64,000 nucleotides of DNA from Saccharolobus solfataricus P2 (GCF_000007005.1 NC_002754.1); one strand, 5' to 3'. Positions 26,522 to 37,929 are shown, counted from the first letter of the stretch. A program made the numbers and translations. Notes: generated from the letters alone by a model not told the origin.

Positions 26522-26917
26522 TATTTTTTCCTCAATCCTCTTCTCCAGTATTTTGAAAAGGTCTTCTATAGGGATCGAATTATCGATTGTCACTATTATA
26601 TCCTCAGCTTTTTCTGGGACTAGAACTCTCCATTCGTGAACTTGCTTGAACTTAATAGCTATTAATGGTACACCCTTCATAGTAAACATCGATAAAAAAT
26701 CTAACAACTTCCTCACTTGGTGCTCCTTAACCTTTACCTTATTTTCCCAAGTACTCTTACACTCAATTGACAACAAAGTGTTCCCCTTGGTAGCGAAAAT
26801 GTCCGGTAATGGATTCGGAGACGAATTTGAAGTGGGAATCCTAACTGCGTTAAATCCCTCTCCCCTCAAGATGGAAACTAATTCCCTCTCAGCGTTCTTA
26901 CCTATATCCCTATTCAT
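26510..26917 (-). CDS. hje: Holliday junction endonuclease Hje
   Basis: 135 aa, [18 protein letters not shown]...PD..IECKS; matches recalled S. solfataricus Hje. Confidence 0.93.
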
Positions 26918-26988
26918 GAAAACTACATAGCGTTCAAAAGATTAAAAAGCAAGGAACCTTATTAATACATGAAACCCAATATCTCATA

Positions 26989-28059
26989 ATGTACCCAGAA
27001 TTTTGCCTTGAAAGATGGCAATCCTTAAGGGATTGGAGAGCTAAATACGTCCTTTCAGAAAGTGGAGTAGAACCATTAGATCTAAGTGAAATCCAAATAC
27101 CTAACGTTAAGCTAGAGTATGGTCACACAAAGGGACTAATAAAACTAAGGCAACTAGTATCATCCTTCTATCCCGGGAAGAAAGAGGAAGACGTAATAAT
27201 AACAGCAGGAGGTGCGGAAGCCAACTACGTAACAGTCCTCTCCACAATAGAACCAGGAGATGAAGTAATAGTAGAAATGCCCAATTACATGCAAATCCCC
27301 GGATTACTAAGGGGAATAAACGCCAAGATAAAGTACATTTGGCTAAATGATAACTTTAAGTTAGACTTAAATGAGCTCAACGAAATGGTTAGTAAGAAAA
27401 CCAAGGCAATAGTAATAACAAACCCGAATAATCCAACTGGCATGGCACTTTCTGAAAGTGAAATTAAGGGAATCGTTGATATAGCTGAGGATAATCAAGT
27501 GACCATAATAGCTGATGAGGTTTATAGGGGGTCGGAGCATGATGGAAATATAAGACCAAGCTTTATTGACTTATACGACAATGCAATAAGTACCAATAGT
27601 ATGTCAAAGGTTTATGGATTACCGGGGATAAGAATAGGGTGGGTTGTGGCAAACAAAGAGTTAGTTGATAAGATGTGGAGTATTAGAGATTACACGTCAA
27701 TTTCACCCTCAATTTTAGGGCAAGAAATAGCATATAATGTACTCTTAGAGAAGGAGAAATATATGGATAGGGCGAGGAGAATTGGGTTAAATAATATAAG
27801 GTTATTGGAGAGGTTAATAAGTGATATTGACGTTAAGTGGGTTGAACCTAATGCTACAGTATTAGCTTATCTTAAATTGAATGTTAAGAACACTTACGAT
27901 TTCAGTGCAAGGTTGTTTGAGAAATATAGTGTGTTGGTTAATCCTGGAGAGTGCTTTGAGATGCCCGGTTATGTCAGGATTGGTTTGGGAAGTACAAATA
28001 CAGAGTTTTTAAATGAGGCATTATCATTATTCATAGGGTATTTAAGGGAGTATGAATAA
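26989..28059 (+). CDS. PLP-dependent class I/II aminotransferase
   Basis: NPNNPTG, ADEVY and SMSKVYGLPGIRIGW motifs. Confidence 0.92.
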   Translation: MYPEFCLERWQSLRDWRAKYVLSESGVEPLDLSEIQIPNVKLEYGHTKGLIKLRQLVSSFYPGKKEEDVIITAGGAEANYVTVLSTIEPGDEVIVEMPNYMQIPGLLRGINAKIKYIWLNDNFKLDLNELNEMVSKKTKAIVITNPNNPTGMALSESEIKGIVDIAEDNQVTIIADEVYRGSEHDGNIRPSFIDLYDNAISTNSMSKVYGLPGIRIGWVVANKELVDKMWSIRDYTSISPSILGQEIAYNVLLEKEKYMDRARRIGLNNIRLLERLISDIDVKWVEPNATVLAYLKLNVKNTYDFSARLFEKYSVLVNPGECFEMPGYVRIGLGSTNTEFLNEALSLFIGYLREYE

Positions 28060-28203
28060 AAAGGGGTAGTTTTCAACAATTCCCAAGTAATACGCAAATC
28101 AATAATACCCAATAGGTTTCAATAGTTTGGTATAGCCCAAATGTGGTTAAAAACCTAGGATTTTTACCTTAATGGGGGTTAAGGGAGGAGACCCCATCCG
28201 TAA

Positions 28204-29343
28204 CGGTAGACCCAAAATCACCTCCATAAAAATAAATCTATAGTATTAATAAGCGTTTTCTTTGGATTAAATGGAGAATTTTTCAGATTGAATAAATCAT
28301 CAAGAAACAAAAGGATAAGCAATAACCTAAACTCCTCCCTCCTCACCACACCCTTAAATAAGGAGCAAAGAACCATAGCACGAAGATCAACACGCGGAAG
28401 ACGAACCTAGTGGAACTGGTGAAGGGAAGGAAAGCCTTTATGTCCCTGTAAGAAGTCCCTATCGTACTCCTTACCTTATTGTACAACACCTCATTCTTCG
28501 GTAGGTCGAGATTAGTCCCCCTCGCGAAGTAAACAACCTCCTTCTTTCTCCTCTTAATCTCCCTACTATAGACCAGAAGCCTGAACTTAACTTACTCATC
28601 CTCACTATGCCTCTTACTATTCGTAACATATTCACCATCAAACTCCTCATAGATCTTGACATCGCCAACGGGAACTCCAAATTATATAATTGAACCTAAA
28701 TGAAGTTGAGCACATCAACTGTGTAGAAGCCATCAAGAGTTATCAACCTTATCTTGAACCCCATTGCAACTTGCTCCACGAGGATTTTCACGATATCATC
28801 CTTGGTCATCCCGTTCACTTGTGTGACGAAAGCCAGTAGGCCATCATGTGTGGTAGTATAGTTCCACGAGTTTCCCTTTTCTGAGTCCTTTCACCGGTTT
28901 TCCGTACCAAGTTTTAGTGGTCCAGTCTATTTCCTTTTCTCCTTTCATCGTCTCCAAGGATTCCTCACTTGTTTCAAGAGTTTCTCAACTATCCACTCCT
29001 TGCTTCTGAACGTAGTTTCTCACGGTTTGTGGTGATATGTTGTACGCGCTTGACTTGCTCTCTATGGAGTCGTTCCATAAACATGCTGAGATTAATGTTT
29101 TTCTAGGTTTTCTGCCTTTTTCCCTTGGAAGTTTAACATGGAAAGTAATTTATATCTTGCTTGTTGACTATTTAATGAGGGAATTGGTATTCTCATGAAC
29201 CCTCATGGTAATACCGATTCCCTCGCTTTAAACCTTTTTTCCAATTTATTGGATTCTTAATGTTGTTATAAACTTGATTATGTTAAATAAATCTAATATT
29301 ATTCAATCCAAATTATTTTTGTAAAATGATTTTGGGTCTACCG
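28204..29343 (-). mobile_element. Degenerate ISH3-family element (ISC1225-like), transposase frameshifted
   Basis: TIR CGGTAGACCCAAAATCA at both ends; broken ORF with IDWT and ITLDAGFYT motifs; no TSD. Confidence 0.85.
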
Positions 29344-29401
29344 GTTAGGGCAGGGTAGTTCACTTCTAGAAACCGAGTATACTAGTAAGTGTACTGGTAT
29401 A

Positions 29402-29932
29402 TCAACTAGTCTTTCTCTTAAGCACTAGTCCAAAGTGATAAGGTGTTGGGTTAAATCTCTTCTCCACTACGAAGTTGCTAAACCATCCCATGTAGTCTTT
29501 CTCATCCATTCTAATACTTAGTGGTGGGCCAATTCCAGTATTCTCTTTCCTCCAGTCTATAATAATAACCCTACCATCATCCTTTAGTATTCTCTTAACC
29601 TCGCTTATAACGTGCTGTTTGTCATCCATATCGTGAAATGAGTTGGCAAATAAAATGAAATCAACTGAATTGTCCGGAATTTCCTTAGGATCGGAAAGGG
29701 TTATTACACTATCGAACTTCTCTTTGACCTCCTTTAAGGCAATAACGTTTATATCAATACAATATAGTTTGGTAGCGAATTCCAACAAGTATTTACAGTA
29801 AAATCCATTTCCACACCCGTAGTCCACAATTACACCTTTCTTTCCCTCAAATATATTTGGGAGATATTCCTCTGGTCTCTCAAATGTCCGTCTAAAGTCC
29901 TCTGGAGGGTAATAATGCCGGTGATGGTGCAT
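29402..29932 (-). CDS. Class I SAM-dependent methyltransferase
   Basis: VDYGCGNG motif I; VDFILFANSFH; His-rich N-terminus. Confidence 0.9.
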   Translation of the reverse strand: MHHHRHYYPPEDFRRTFERPEEYLPNIFEGKKGVIVDYGCGNGFYCKYLLEFATKLYCIDINVIALKEVKEKFDSVITLSDPKEIPDNSVDFILFANSFHDMDDKQHVISEVKRILKDDGRVIIIDWRKENTGIGPPLSIRMDEKDYMGWFSNFVVEKRFNPTPYHFGLVLKRKTS

Positions 29933-30347
29933 ACTAACTACTCTGCCTCCTAGTTATAAAAATTTAATCACAAAAACCACATAAATAAAGGAGAATAGCA
30001 ATAAAAAATTTACCTTGTGGCATACTTTTCCATTATTGATACTTCTCTTGAAGACTCCTCTAATGGTTTCCCTTTAGTCTCTGGCACAAACAGGAATGTT
30101 ATTACTGAACTTATCCCAGCTACTATTGCTAGGAACGTTATGGCAAAGGATTCACCATAAAGCGCAAAAAACGATGGAAATACGAATGCTGTTAATGCAG
30201 CTCCTATTCTCCCGGCAGCTACAGTGATTGACTGTGCTATTCCTCTTATCTTAGTTGGAGCTAACTCGACTCCTAACATTCCCGAGGCTGATACTGAACC
30301 TGGTCCAGCTTGTGATGAAAAGTTGTTGAGCCCATATAAGAAGAATG

Positions 30348-31782
30348 CAGTGGTGTTTCACCAAATTATTTCATTTGAAAGATATAATATTAGTCCTTTC
30401 AAAAAGAGATTGATATAGAGAAAAACAATAAAATTATTATGAAACATAACATGTTAAGATAATTCGCAAAAAATATAGCGTACAATTCTAATAATAAGAG
30501 GAGAATTCTGAATTTTTCTCACGTGGTGAAAACGACGTGCATAGTCTCCTCTGAACACCGAGAAAGTTAGAGAAGCTTGACGAATAAATCGAAGGACAAA
30601 CCCTTCTTACACGTGGACTTGAAGTTAAAGAGAAGATGATTCACTAGATTCCACGCAGAATCCAGAACCGTGTAATAGAGGAACAAGAAGATCTTATTAC
30701 TCAACTTCCTAACATACCTTATCCTTGCCTTCCTAACCTTGAAACCCTCCTCAACCTGCCACCTCAACCTATAGAGTTCAGCCAGTTCATAGGGATCTCC
30801 CTCGAAGTTCGTCACGAAGATGAAGTGCCTCGGCTTTCCCTTAACGTAAACCACATCGTAATAATAAAGCCCTTCAAATTTCAAGACCCTATACGCAACG
30901 TAAACCCTGTCCTTAACCTCATATCTCTTCTCAACTAATGGAACGTTAGATAGTTCCTTGAATCCCTTCAAGTTTGACTTTCCTCTCACAATGGTCTTCA
31001 CGGGCATTTCCTTGATGACCCCTAGGTTCAAGAATCCGGCGTCAGCTACAACGTAATCTATTTCCATGTATTGGCTTACTTCCATCACGCTCCTGAGTAG
31101 GAACTGTGATGGACTGTCACTTCTCAAATCTGCTACCTCCACTAGGAGGGGTAACCTTAAGGGATATACGAGGTTCAAGGATCTCATCTTTATTCCTTTT
31201 CTCTTCCAGTTGTAGAGTAGAAAGCCCTCTGCTTTTTCTTGTTCCTTTTCTCCCACGGTTAATCCGGTCTCATCTACACTACGTTGGTCTCTCTCTTTAC
31301 TTCTCTGTAGATTGGGTAGAACTTGAAGGTTCTCTGACCTTTACTAATTACTTTCTCGCCTTGTCTTACTACCTTCAAGTAGTATTTTCCTCTGTTTCCG
31401 GTTAGCAAGGATGGTGCTGCTTTCACTATTTCCGGGTCTAGATCTTGGGAGATAACGTTAATATTGATTGTTGCTAAAGTTATAGCGAGGGACTTTAACT
31501 CCGTTTTGGATACTTGTATGGTTTGCATAACGGGGTTATGGAGTCCCTCGCTTTAACCTTTTCTTGTTCATCTCGTCCTTCCACCTACTCTCTCTCATTG
31601 ATAATACTAGACAAATGGTATTACTCTTTATATATAAACTCGTTTTCTGTTAGTTTCTTCAACAAATATGAAAATTTTTTGCTTCTTGTGTTGAAATAAG
31701 CCGATTTTTCTAACTCCGCTCTGATATTTTTCTCTTCCATAAAAATTGTATCATTTTGAGTAAAATTGGTGAAACACCACTG
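30348..31782 (-). mobile_element. ISH3-family element (ISC1439-like, 1435 bp), transposase frameshifted
   Basis: TIR CAGTGGTGTTTCACCAA; 9-bp TSD AGAAGAATG (30339-30347, 31783-31791); VVADAGF and LYRLRWQVEEGFK motifs in split ORFs. Confidence 0.9.
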
Positions 31783-31931
31783 AGAAGAATGCAATTAATG
31801 GGTTAAAAGTTGTGGCAACATTTTTGTAAAACGCAAAGGATAAGAAGGATAGTGCCATTCCTATGAAGCCGTTGCCAACAGTTTCCGATAAACCGTAAAG
31901 TTTATATTATTTTGCCACAAACTCTTATACA

Positions 31932-32519
31932 ATGCTAAGACCTAAGGAAGCATGCCAACGTCTAGGAATATCCTATGCAACACTTAGAGAATACGTTAAG
32001 AAAGGATACATAAAACCAGTTATACTACAGAGCGGAAAATGGAGATTCAGAGAAGAAGACGTAGAGAGGCTAATGGGAATTATTAGAAAAAGAAAAGTAA
32101 TACTTTACGCTAGAGTATCATCAAACACACAAAAAGACGATCTAGTAAACCAAGTTAAGTACCTAGAGGAACAAGTCAAAGAATACGACCTCGTAATTAC
32201 TGACATAGGTTCCAAGTTAAACATGAAGAGAAAGGGGTTCTTGAAGTTGTTGAGAATGATACTGAACAACGAAGTATCACGCGTAGTTGTTACTTACTCA
32301 GATAGGCTAGTCAGATTCGGCTTCGAAATCCTCGAAGAGGTCTGCAAAGCACACAACTGTGAAATAGTAGTACTAAACCAAGAGGACAAAGAGGAAGAAT
32401 TGGTCGAAGACTTAGTCTCAATACTAGTCTCGCTCAGCGGGAAACTGTATGGTATGAGAAGTCATGAATACGAAAAGGTGAAGAAATGTGCTGAAGAACT
32501 TAAGAATTGGAAAATTTGA
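31932..32519 (+). CDS. tnpA: IS607 serine recombinase TnpA
   Basis: MerR-like HTH followed by YARVSS; DRLVRFGF. Confidence 0.95.
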   Translation: MLRPKEACQRLGISYATLREYVKKGYIKPVILQSGKWRFREEDVERLMGIIRKRKVILYARVSSNTQKDDLVNQVKYLEEQVKEYDLVITDIGSKLNMKRKGFLKLLRMILNNEVSRVVVTYSDRLVRFGFEILEEVCKAHNCEIVVLNQEDKEEELVEDLVSILVSLSGKLYGMRSHEYEKVKKCAEELKNWKI

Positions 32520-33756
32520 ACCGGAAGAGGAATACGTGCACTTCACGTACTCCATCAAGAATAGTGAGAGGGAGAAGAGCAAAGAGTTAATTAAAGAATA
32601 CAGAACACTACTACAGAAAGCAATTGACTACCTGTGGAATTTAACGAAAATACAAGTAAGAAAAAAGAACGGTAATTACAAGATAACACTACCGAAGAAG
32701 AAGGAAGTATACAAACCACTTAGGGAAGAGTTGGAGAAGATCAACCACCTTGCGTCACATTACGTCGATAAGGCAATTAATGACGCATTCTCGATCTTGA
32801 AGTCGTGGAGGAAAAGGGCCATAAAGGGGAGAGCTTCGATTGAAAAACCAAGGGTGAAGAAGGCTTACGTTAGGATAAAGACGACTCTGAGGAAGGTTGT
32901 GGGGGAAAGCGTTAGAATAACGGTAAGACCTTATGAGTACATCACCTTCTCGTGGAGTAAGTCATGGTTCTCAAGAAGGGTTAGGGAGTTGGAACTCGGC
33001 GAACCTATAATTAAGGAGGAGAAAGTGTATTTGTCATTTCGTTACAAGTTACCTTGGGTAACTCCATTAAACTTTCTGGCAATTGACTCCAACCTTTATA
33101 CTCTAGATGCTTATGATGGTGAGAAATTCGTTACAATCTCTCTGAAGCAGTTATATTCCATGAAGTACTCCATGGAGGTGAAGAGGGCTAAGGTGCAATC
33201 ATTTGCATCAAAGTACACGAAGAGGGGGAGAGAGTTGATGAGGAAGTATTCGCATAGGGAGAGGAATAGCGTTCTGGACTTCGTTCGTAAATTTGTAAAT
33301 GCGTTACTAGACCTATATCCCATAACGTTTTTCGCTGTGGAAAAGCTTAACAAAGAGAGTATGTTTAAGGATGCTAATGACTCTCTTTCGAGGAAGATTT
33401 CTAGGACTGTTTGGAGGAGTATACATAGAGTGTTGAGGTATAAGGCTCCGCTTTACGGTTCTTTCGTTAAGGAAGTGAACCCACACCTCACCTCGAGGTC
33501 TTGCCCCAGATGTGGGTTTGTATCTCGAAAGGTTGGTAAGACCTTTGAGTGTGAGAGGTGTGGGTTCAAGTTGGATAGGCAATTGAATGCTTCACTGAAT
33601 ATTTATCTCAAGATGTGCGGTTTTCCTCACATCCGTGATATTCCAAGGGTGTGGGTTGGGGTTATTCCGCTAATGGGGCGGAGAGGGATGAACGTCCGCG
33701 ACTTCGGTGAAGCCCAAGGGCTGAGGATTGATATTGAATATCATGAAATCCCATGA
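32488..33756 (+). CDS. tnpB: IS607 TnpB (RuvC-III Asp replaced by Gln)
   Basis: LAID, AVEKL, CPRCG..CERCG zinc finger, [10 protein letters not shown]. Confidence 0.9.
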   Translation: MLKNLRIGKFEPEEEYVHFTYSIKNSEREKSKELIKEYRTLLQKAIDYLWNLTKIQVRKKNGNYKITLPKKKEVYKPLREELEKINHLASHYVDKAINDAFSILKSWRKRAIKGRASIEKPRVKKAYVRIKTTLRKVVGESVRITVRPYEYITFSWSKSWFSRRVRELELGEPIIKEEKVYLSFRYKLPWVTPLNFLAIDSNLYTLDAYDGEKFVTISLKQLYSMKYSMEVKRAKVQSFASKYTKRGRELMRKYSHRERNSVLDFVRKFVNALLDLYPITFFAVEKLNKESMFKDANDSLSRKISRTVWRSIHRVLRYKAPLYGSFVKEVNPHLTSRSCPRCGFVSRKVGKTFECERCGFKLDRQLNASLNIYLKMCGFPHIRDIPRVWVGVIPLMGRRGMNVRDFGEAQGLRIDIEYHEIP

Positions 33757-35340
33757 AGCCCAAACCCCAATTACTTGTAATGGTTTCCTACCGAGTTTAT
33801 CTATTAATGTGAGAGCTATAAGTCCACCTGGAATAGTAAAAGCTCCCTCTATCAGTAGTTGAAAAGTTCCAGAGTTCATACCTAGACTGTTAGCTATTAA
33901 ACTTGGTCCAAATAGTATTCCAGCGTAAGCTACAATGTCGAATAGGAACCATAGAATGGCGGCTGTTAATATTAATTTCCAGTTAGCTATAAAATATTCA
34001 GTTAATTTGACGTTGTCCTTAATGTCTTTTACATTACTTACTTCTAGTCTTGTAACCTCTTTAATTACGTTTTTAAGCTCATTTAAATCGCCTTTTATTC
34101 TACCTAAATACCTAGCAGTTTCTGGTATCTTTCTTCTAAGGTAGATTACGGATGCTGCTGGAATACTCCCAGCCGCTAATACGATTCTCCAGATAAGATC
34201 TGTTGGAAGTCCCATTGTTTGTAGTATAAGATATAATCCCGCAGCGGTACTGGCTCCAAAGCCCCAGAATAGTCCAAAACCTAATACTAAGGTTTTTCCT
34301 CTGTCTTTAGCATTACTGTGTTCAGCCATTATCGTTGGCGAGAGAACGTAATCTGCACCAATTCCTAAACCTAAAAGAAATCTAACTATTATTAGTTCAA
34401 GGGGGTTTTGTACGAAGGCTTGTAGTAACGCTCCAAACGTCATCAATGTAACATCGATTCCATAAAATTTCTTTCTACCCATGTTTGATAAGAAACCGAA
34501 AAGTATTGCTCCAATTGTAGCGCCAATTAACGCAGCACCGGTTATTAGTGATGTTGTTATTACATAGTCTGGGCTATTTTTAGTTATACCAAATGAGGCT
34601 AGCACAGAGAGAAGTACTATACCGATAGATGATAGATCATAGCCATCCGTGAAAACTCCCATTCCCGTTGTTATTAACGACTTTGCGTGAAACCAACCGA
34701 ATTTCGCCTCGTCTAACGGTTTGAATACGTTCTTTACATTCATGTGTGTAAGTTATAAAGAGAACTTTTAAGAATAACGTAAATAATCTATAGATTGATC
34801 GTTTTCCTATATAATCTATATAGTATCCTAGTTTAGCATTACCTTAGCTGACCGTTGTATCTTTTTCTCACAACTTGGAAATCCTCAAGTAAGCGAGAGA
34901 GAAGGTAGCAAAACATCACCTTTTAAGATTAAGCTTCAAAAGTAATCGCAAAGATTAACGAAACCTCCAAATAGTATAGTGCGCTACTACTTGAGTAACT
35001 TATTAAACTCCGCTATGCAACCTAAGCCAGCGGTATAGACGAGACTGATGTTAGAGTAGCTATTATTTAGTAGAGTATAGACAACGATTTTGTTAATTTA
35101 GTATAAATTATATAAAGTATCCGCTTATCTTCAATTCAACATATGATTTAGTTATAGACGAAGAGAAAATGTATTAATTCTTAATACTCTTTTTTCCTCC
35201 AAAACTTTGTTACACATAGCAGCGTTAGACGAAAGCGATACTAAAGGAATTTAAACTAAGTTTCAAATCAAAAAGATTGTTGTCCACGCTTATATGGTAA
35301 GTAGTTAAACTTTTAACATTTTGACTGAAGATTAAAGTAT

Positions 35341-35898
35341 ATGTCGTTCTTCAATCCAGAAGAGATAAAGAGGCTAGTAAATAAGAACAATTCTGTATTA
35401 GTCGTATGGGATGTGCAGGAAGGGTTAGTAAATTCGATTTTTAATAAAAACGAGTTTATTGCTAAGCTGAAGGAACTGATAGAGTCTGCTAGAAAGTATA
35501 ATGTGCCAATAGTTTATACAATGATTACACCGTATCCTGAGAGATTTCAGCCTAGAATAAGGCGTTCATTCAATCCAGGTGATATTTACAAGGAAGTTTA
35601 TCCAAAAGAAGGTGATGTGATCTTAAGGAAGAATACTCCAAGCATATTTGTAGGAACGAACTTTGAGCTAATGTTAAGAAACGCTGGTATTTATTCAATA
35701 GTCTTCACAGGTATAGCTACTGATATTGGAGTAGAAACTTCAGCTAGGCATGCACAGGCTTTAGGTTTTATACCGATTGTTGCAAAAGAGGCTGTATCGT
35801 CAGCGGACAAAGAAGCACACGAAAGGTCTCTACTAAATATGCAAAGACTAATGCTTGTGTTAACAAACAAGGAGATTACTGAATTGTGGGAAAGATAA
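35341..35898 (+). CDS. Isochorismatase/cysteine hydrolase family protein (YecD-like, nucleophile Cys absent)
   Basis: [26 protein letters not shown]. Confidence 0.85.
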   Translation: MSFFNPEEIKRLVNKNNSVLVVWDVQEGLVNSIFNKNEFIAKLKELIESARKYNVPIVYTMITPYPERFQPRIRRSFNPGDIYKEVYPKEGDVILRKNTPSIFVGTNFELMLRNAGIYSIVFTGIATDIGVETSARHAQALGFIPIVAKEAVSSADKEAHERSLLNMQRLMLVLTNKEITELWER

Positions 35899-36879
35899 TC
35901 AAGGTTGGAAAAAGGTAGTCACATCGATGTTTTTTCCACTGGCTAAGACTAGCCTAATTGTGTAATTGTTTCCAGAGGTAAACTGCTGAGGGTTAATGTT
36001 AAACTTTATTTTTATAGAATTGTAACCTTTTGATAGAGTTTTCGGTGTTATTTCATTCGTTGAATAGTCAGTATTTAAAATGGTAGAACTAAGTATTTGA
36101 TCTTCAATATCAGAAGAGACTGCAATAAATGCTTCTCCATTGCTTCTTAGTATCCCACCGTGTGAGATAATATTGACTGTCGGAGGAGTTGATGTGGTCT
36201 CAGCAGAGGGAGTTGAAGAAGTAGTTTCACTGGGAGCTGAAGGAGTTTGAAGAGGAGGCGGTGGAGGAGAAACTGGTTTTTTAATGGTTAATAAATTAGT
36301 AAGCCCAATGTATGTAATAATTAGACCTATAAATGCCAAAAGCCCACCATATTCTAGTTTAAAGATAAATAAGATTACTCCTAAAATTAGAACTAATCCT
36401 CCTATTGACAAATAATTATTACTGTAATGATCGCCAATTAACTTATATGAAAATCCTAACAATATTAGTGTTATAAATGCAAATATTTCTAATAACGTTT
36501 GTAATGAAGCGAGTATTGAACTGGTAACGCTAGTTAATACTAGAGATAATGTATAAGAAACAACTCCAATTATTGCCAAGATCGATAATACTAGGAACAA
36601 GAACGATATTACGTTATTTATTCCAATATTTATCTCTGCCTTCGCTAGATTAGATAAACCTCGTTGAATATCAAGGTATGCTAGTATTACTAGTAGTGCG
36701 GAGATTGCAGATGAAGGCAGTAATATCAGAAAGTCTTGTAGTGGATTGGGTAACCCTAGAGATTGCATGATGTATGTCAATAGTATTGCTATTAGTTCAA
36801 TGAGTATTATTATGATGATTTCAATATTACCTCTCCTTAAATAGCTTAATCCTTTATATTCCGCTTCAGTGTAGTTCAT
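35899..36879 (-). CDS. DUF973-like membrane protein with Pro/Ser/Thr linker and C-terminal Ig-like domain
   Basis: Five TM segments, PPPPP linker, G.LRSNG...Y.I.L.L.SG tail typical of this Sulfolobales family. Confidence 0.7.
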   Translation of the reverse strand: MNYTEAEYKGLSYLRRGNIEIIIIILIELIAILLTYIMQSLGLPNPLQDFLILLPSSAISALLVILAYLDIQRGLSNLAKAEINIGINNVISFLFLVLSILAIIGVVSYTLSLVLTSVTSSILASLQTLLEIFAFITLILLGFSYKLIGDHYSNNYLSIGGLVLILGVILFIFKLEYGGLLAFIGLIITYIGLTNLLTIKKPVSPPPPPLQTPSAPSETTSSTPSAETTSTPPTVNIISHGGILRSNGEAFIAVSSDIEDQILSSTILNTDYSTNEITPKTLSKGYNSIKIKFNINPQQFTSGNNYTIRLVLASGKNIDVTTFFQP

Positions 36880-36928
36880 CGTTTTATATAATCATATCGC
36901 TATTAAAAATGTTTCTAAATTTGTATAA

Positions 36929-37738
36929 TTATTGAGCAGCTTTCCACGAAACGAAATAATAGCCAAAAGGAGGGTAAAATAGTTTAAGAACTATCTTATT
37001 TCTATCAATTAGTAAACGATGGTTTGGGATTGGAGATGGTATTTGAGGACCATCTATTATTACTAAATCGTATTTTTCCGCCTTTACATCTATAAATCTA
37101 TAACTCTCAGGGAACCTAATTTCTAATGTTGCGAATAGGGTAGGTTGCATTACTGATAGACCGTCCATCATTTCAGGGTCTCCATATCTCTCTATTGTTT
37201 CCTTTTGCGTGAATGTGAAGTAGTTAGACTGGATTACTTTAAATCCGTGGATTATTTTCTCTCCAACTTTCGTTGGTGGAGCTAATGCTAATTTAATGTA
37301 GGCCTTTTGAGTTCCCAATTCAATCTTCTCAACAACTACTTTACCAAATTCCCTTTTTGGTTTATAGACTTTTACCTTAGTTTTAACCTTATCATCAGCT
37401 GACCAGTAACTACTATCTTCAATATATAAAAGGCCATTCTTTAATACGATAGAGTGAAATTTAAAGCTCTTAGTTTTGCTCCTATCTTCATAAAAGGTTA
37501 CTTTGACTTTTTGTTCTAGATTAAGGAATTCGGGATTTCGAATAAGGTGAAGCTCGAACTTGTTATTATTTAGCTCTCCATTAATTTGAATTAGCCCTAA
37601 TTTGTTAAGGATTAATATGGCCTTGTATAATTGGTTCATGGGAACTTTCTTTGATTTTGGAAGCTGTCGGGATGTAATATGACCGTTATTTTCTAACAAG
37701 CTCTTAATAATACTCAGCAAGATTTTTGGTTTCTTCAT
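36929..37738 (-). CDS. Hypothetical protein: N-terminal winged HTH plus beta-rich C-terminal domain
   Basis: Helical N-terminus ending LNKLGLIQI; basic, strand-rich remainder. Confidence 0.55.
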   Translation of the reverse strand: MKKPKILLSIIKSLLENNGHITSRQLPKSKKVPMNQLYKAILILNKLGLIQINGELNNNKFELHLIRNPEFLNLEQKVKVTFYEDRSKTKSFKFHSIVLKNGLLYIEDSSYWSADDKVKTKVKVYKPKREFGKVVVEKIELGTQKAYIKLALAPPTKVGEKIIHGFKVIQSNYFTFTQKETIERYGDPEMMDGLSVMQPTLFATLEIRFPESYRFIDVKAEKYDLVIIDGPQIPSPIPNHRLLIDRNKIVLKLFYPPFGYYFVSWKAAQ

Positions 37739-37833
37739 ATTCTATATATATGTAAAGAAAGCTTATTACTCTTTTTTTCCAAATTATATGAAGATCGATT
37801 GGTATATCTATAAAAAAACTTTTTACTTCTATT

Positions 37834-37929
37834 TTACCACTCTTCTTCCTCTTCTTCCCATAAGTCCTCTTCTTCCTCGTCCCAATCTTCCTCTTCTTCC
37901 CATAAGTCCTCTTCTTCCTCGTATATCAT
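37834..37929 (-). CDS. Unannotated 31-aa acidic Trp-repeat peptide MIYEEEEDLWEEEEDWDEEEEDLWEEEEEEW
   Basis: ATG preceded by SD-like GGAGTGG; internal tandem repeat; TAA stop. Confidence 0.6.
   Translation of the reverse strand: MIYEEEEDLWEEEEDWDEEEEDLWEEEEEEW

Larger units (their letters stand above)
31871..33768 (+). mobile_element. IS607-family element (ISC1904-like)
   Basis: Serine recombinase plus TnpB; inserted at a CC/GG core with no TSD; excision restores the MFS frame. Confidence 0.92.
30010..34743 (-). pseudogene. Pho84/PHS-like MFS transporter interrupted by two IS elements
   Basis: [13 protein letters not shown] motif; excising both IS restores LQVIG-FIGMA and PLIAFF-LYG, giving about 463 aa. 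Confidence 0.88.

Noticed and set aside
31863-33760. ATGAAGCC repeat as the TSD of the IS607 element
   Set aside because: That boundary gives a stop in the MFS frame, and copy 2 shows AAACCCC is part of the element; the CC core restores the frame.
34785-34796. 12-bp palindrome AATCTATAGATT upstream of the MFS promoter
   Set aside because: A single AT-rich palindrome is plausible by chance, and there is no second clear copy.
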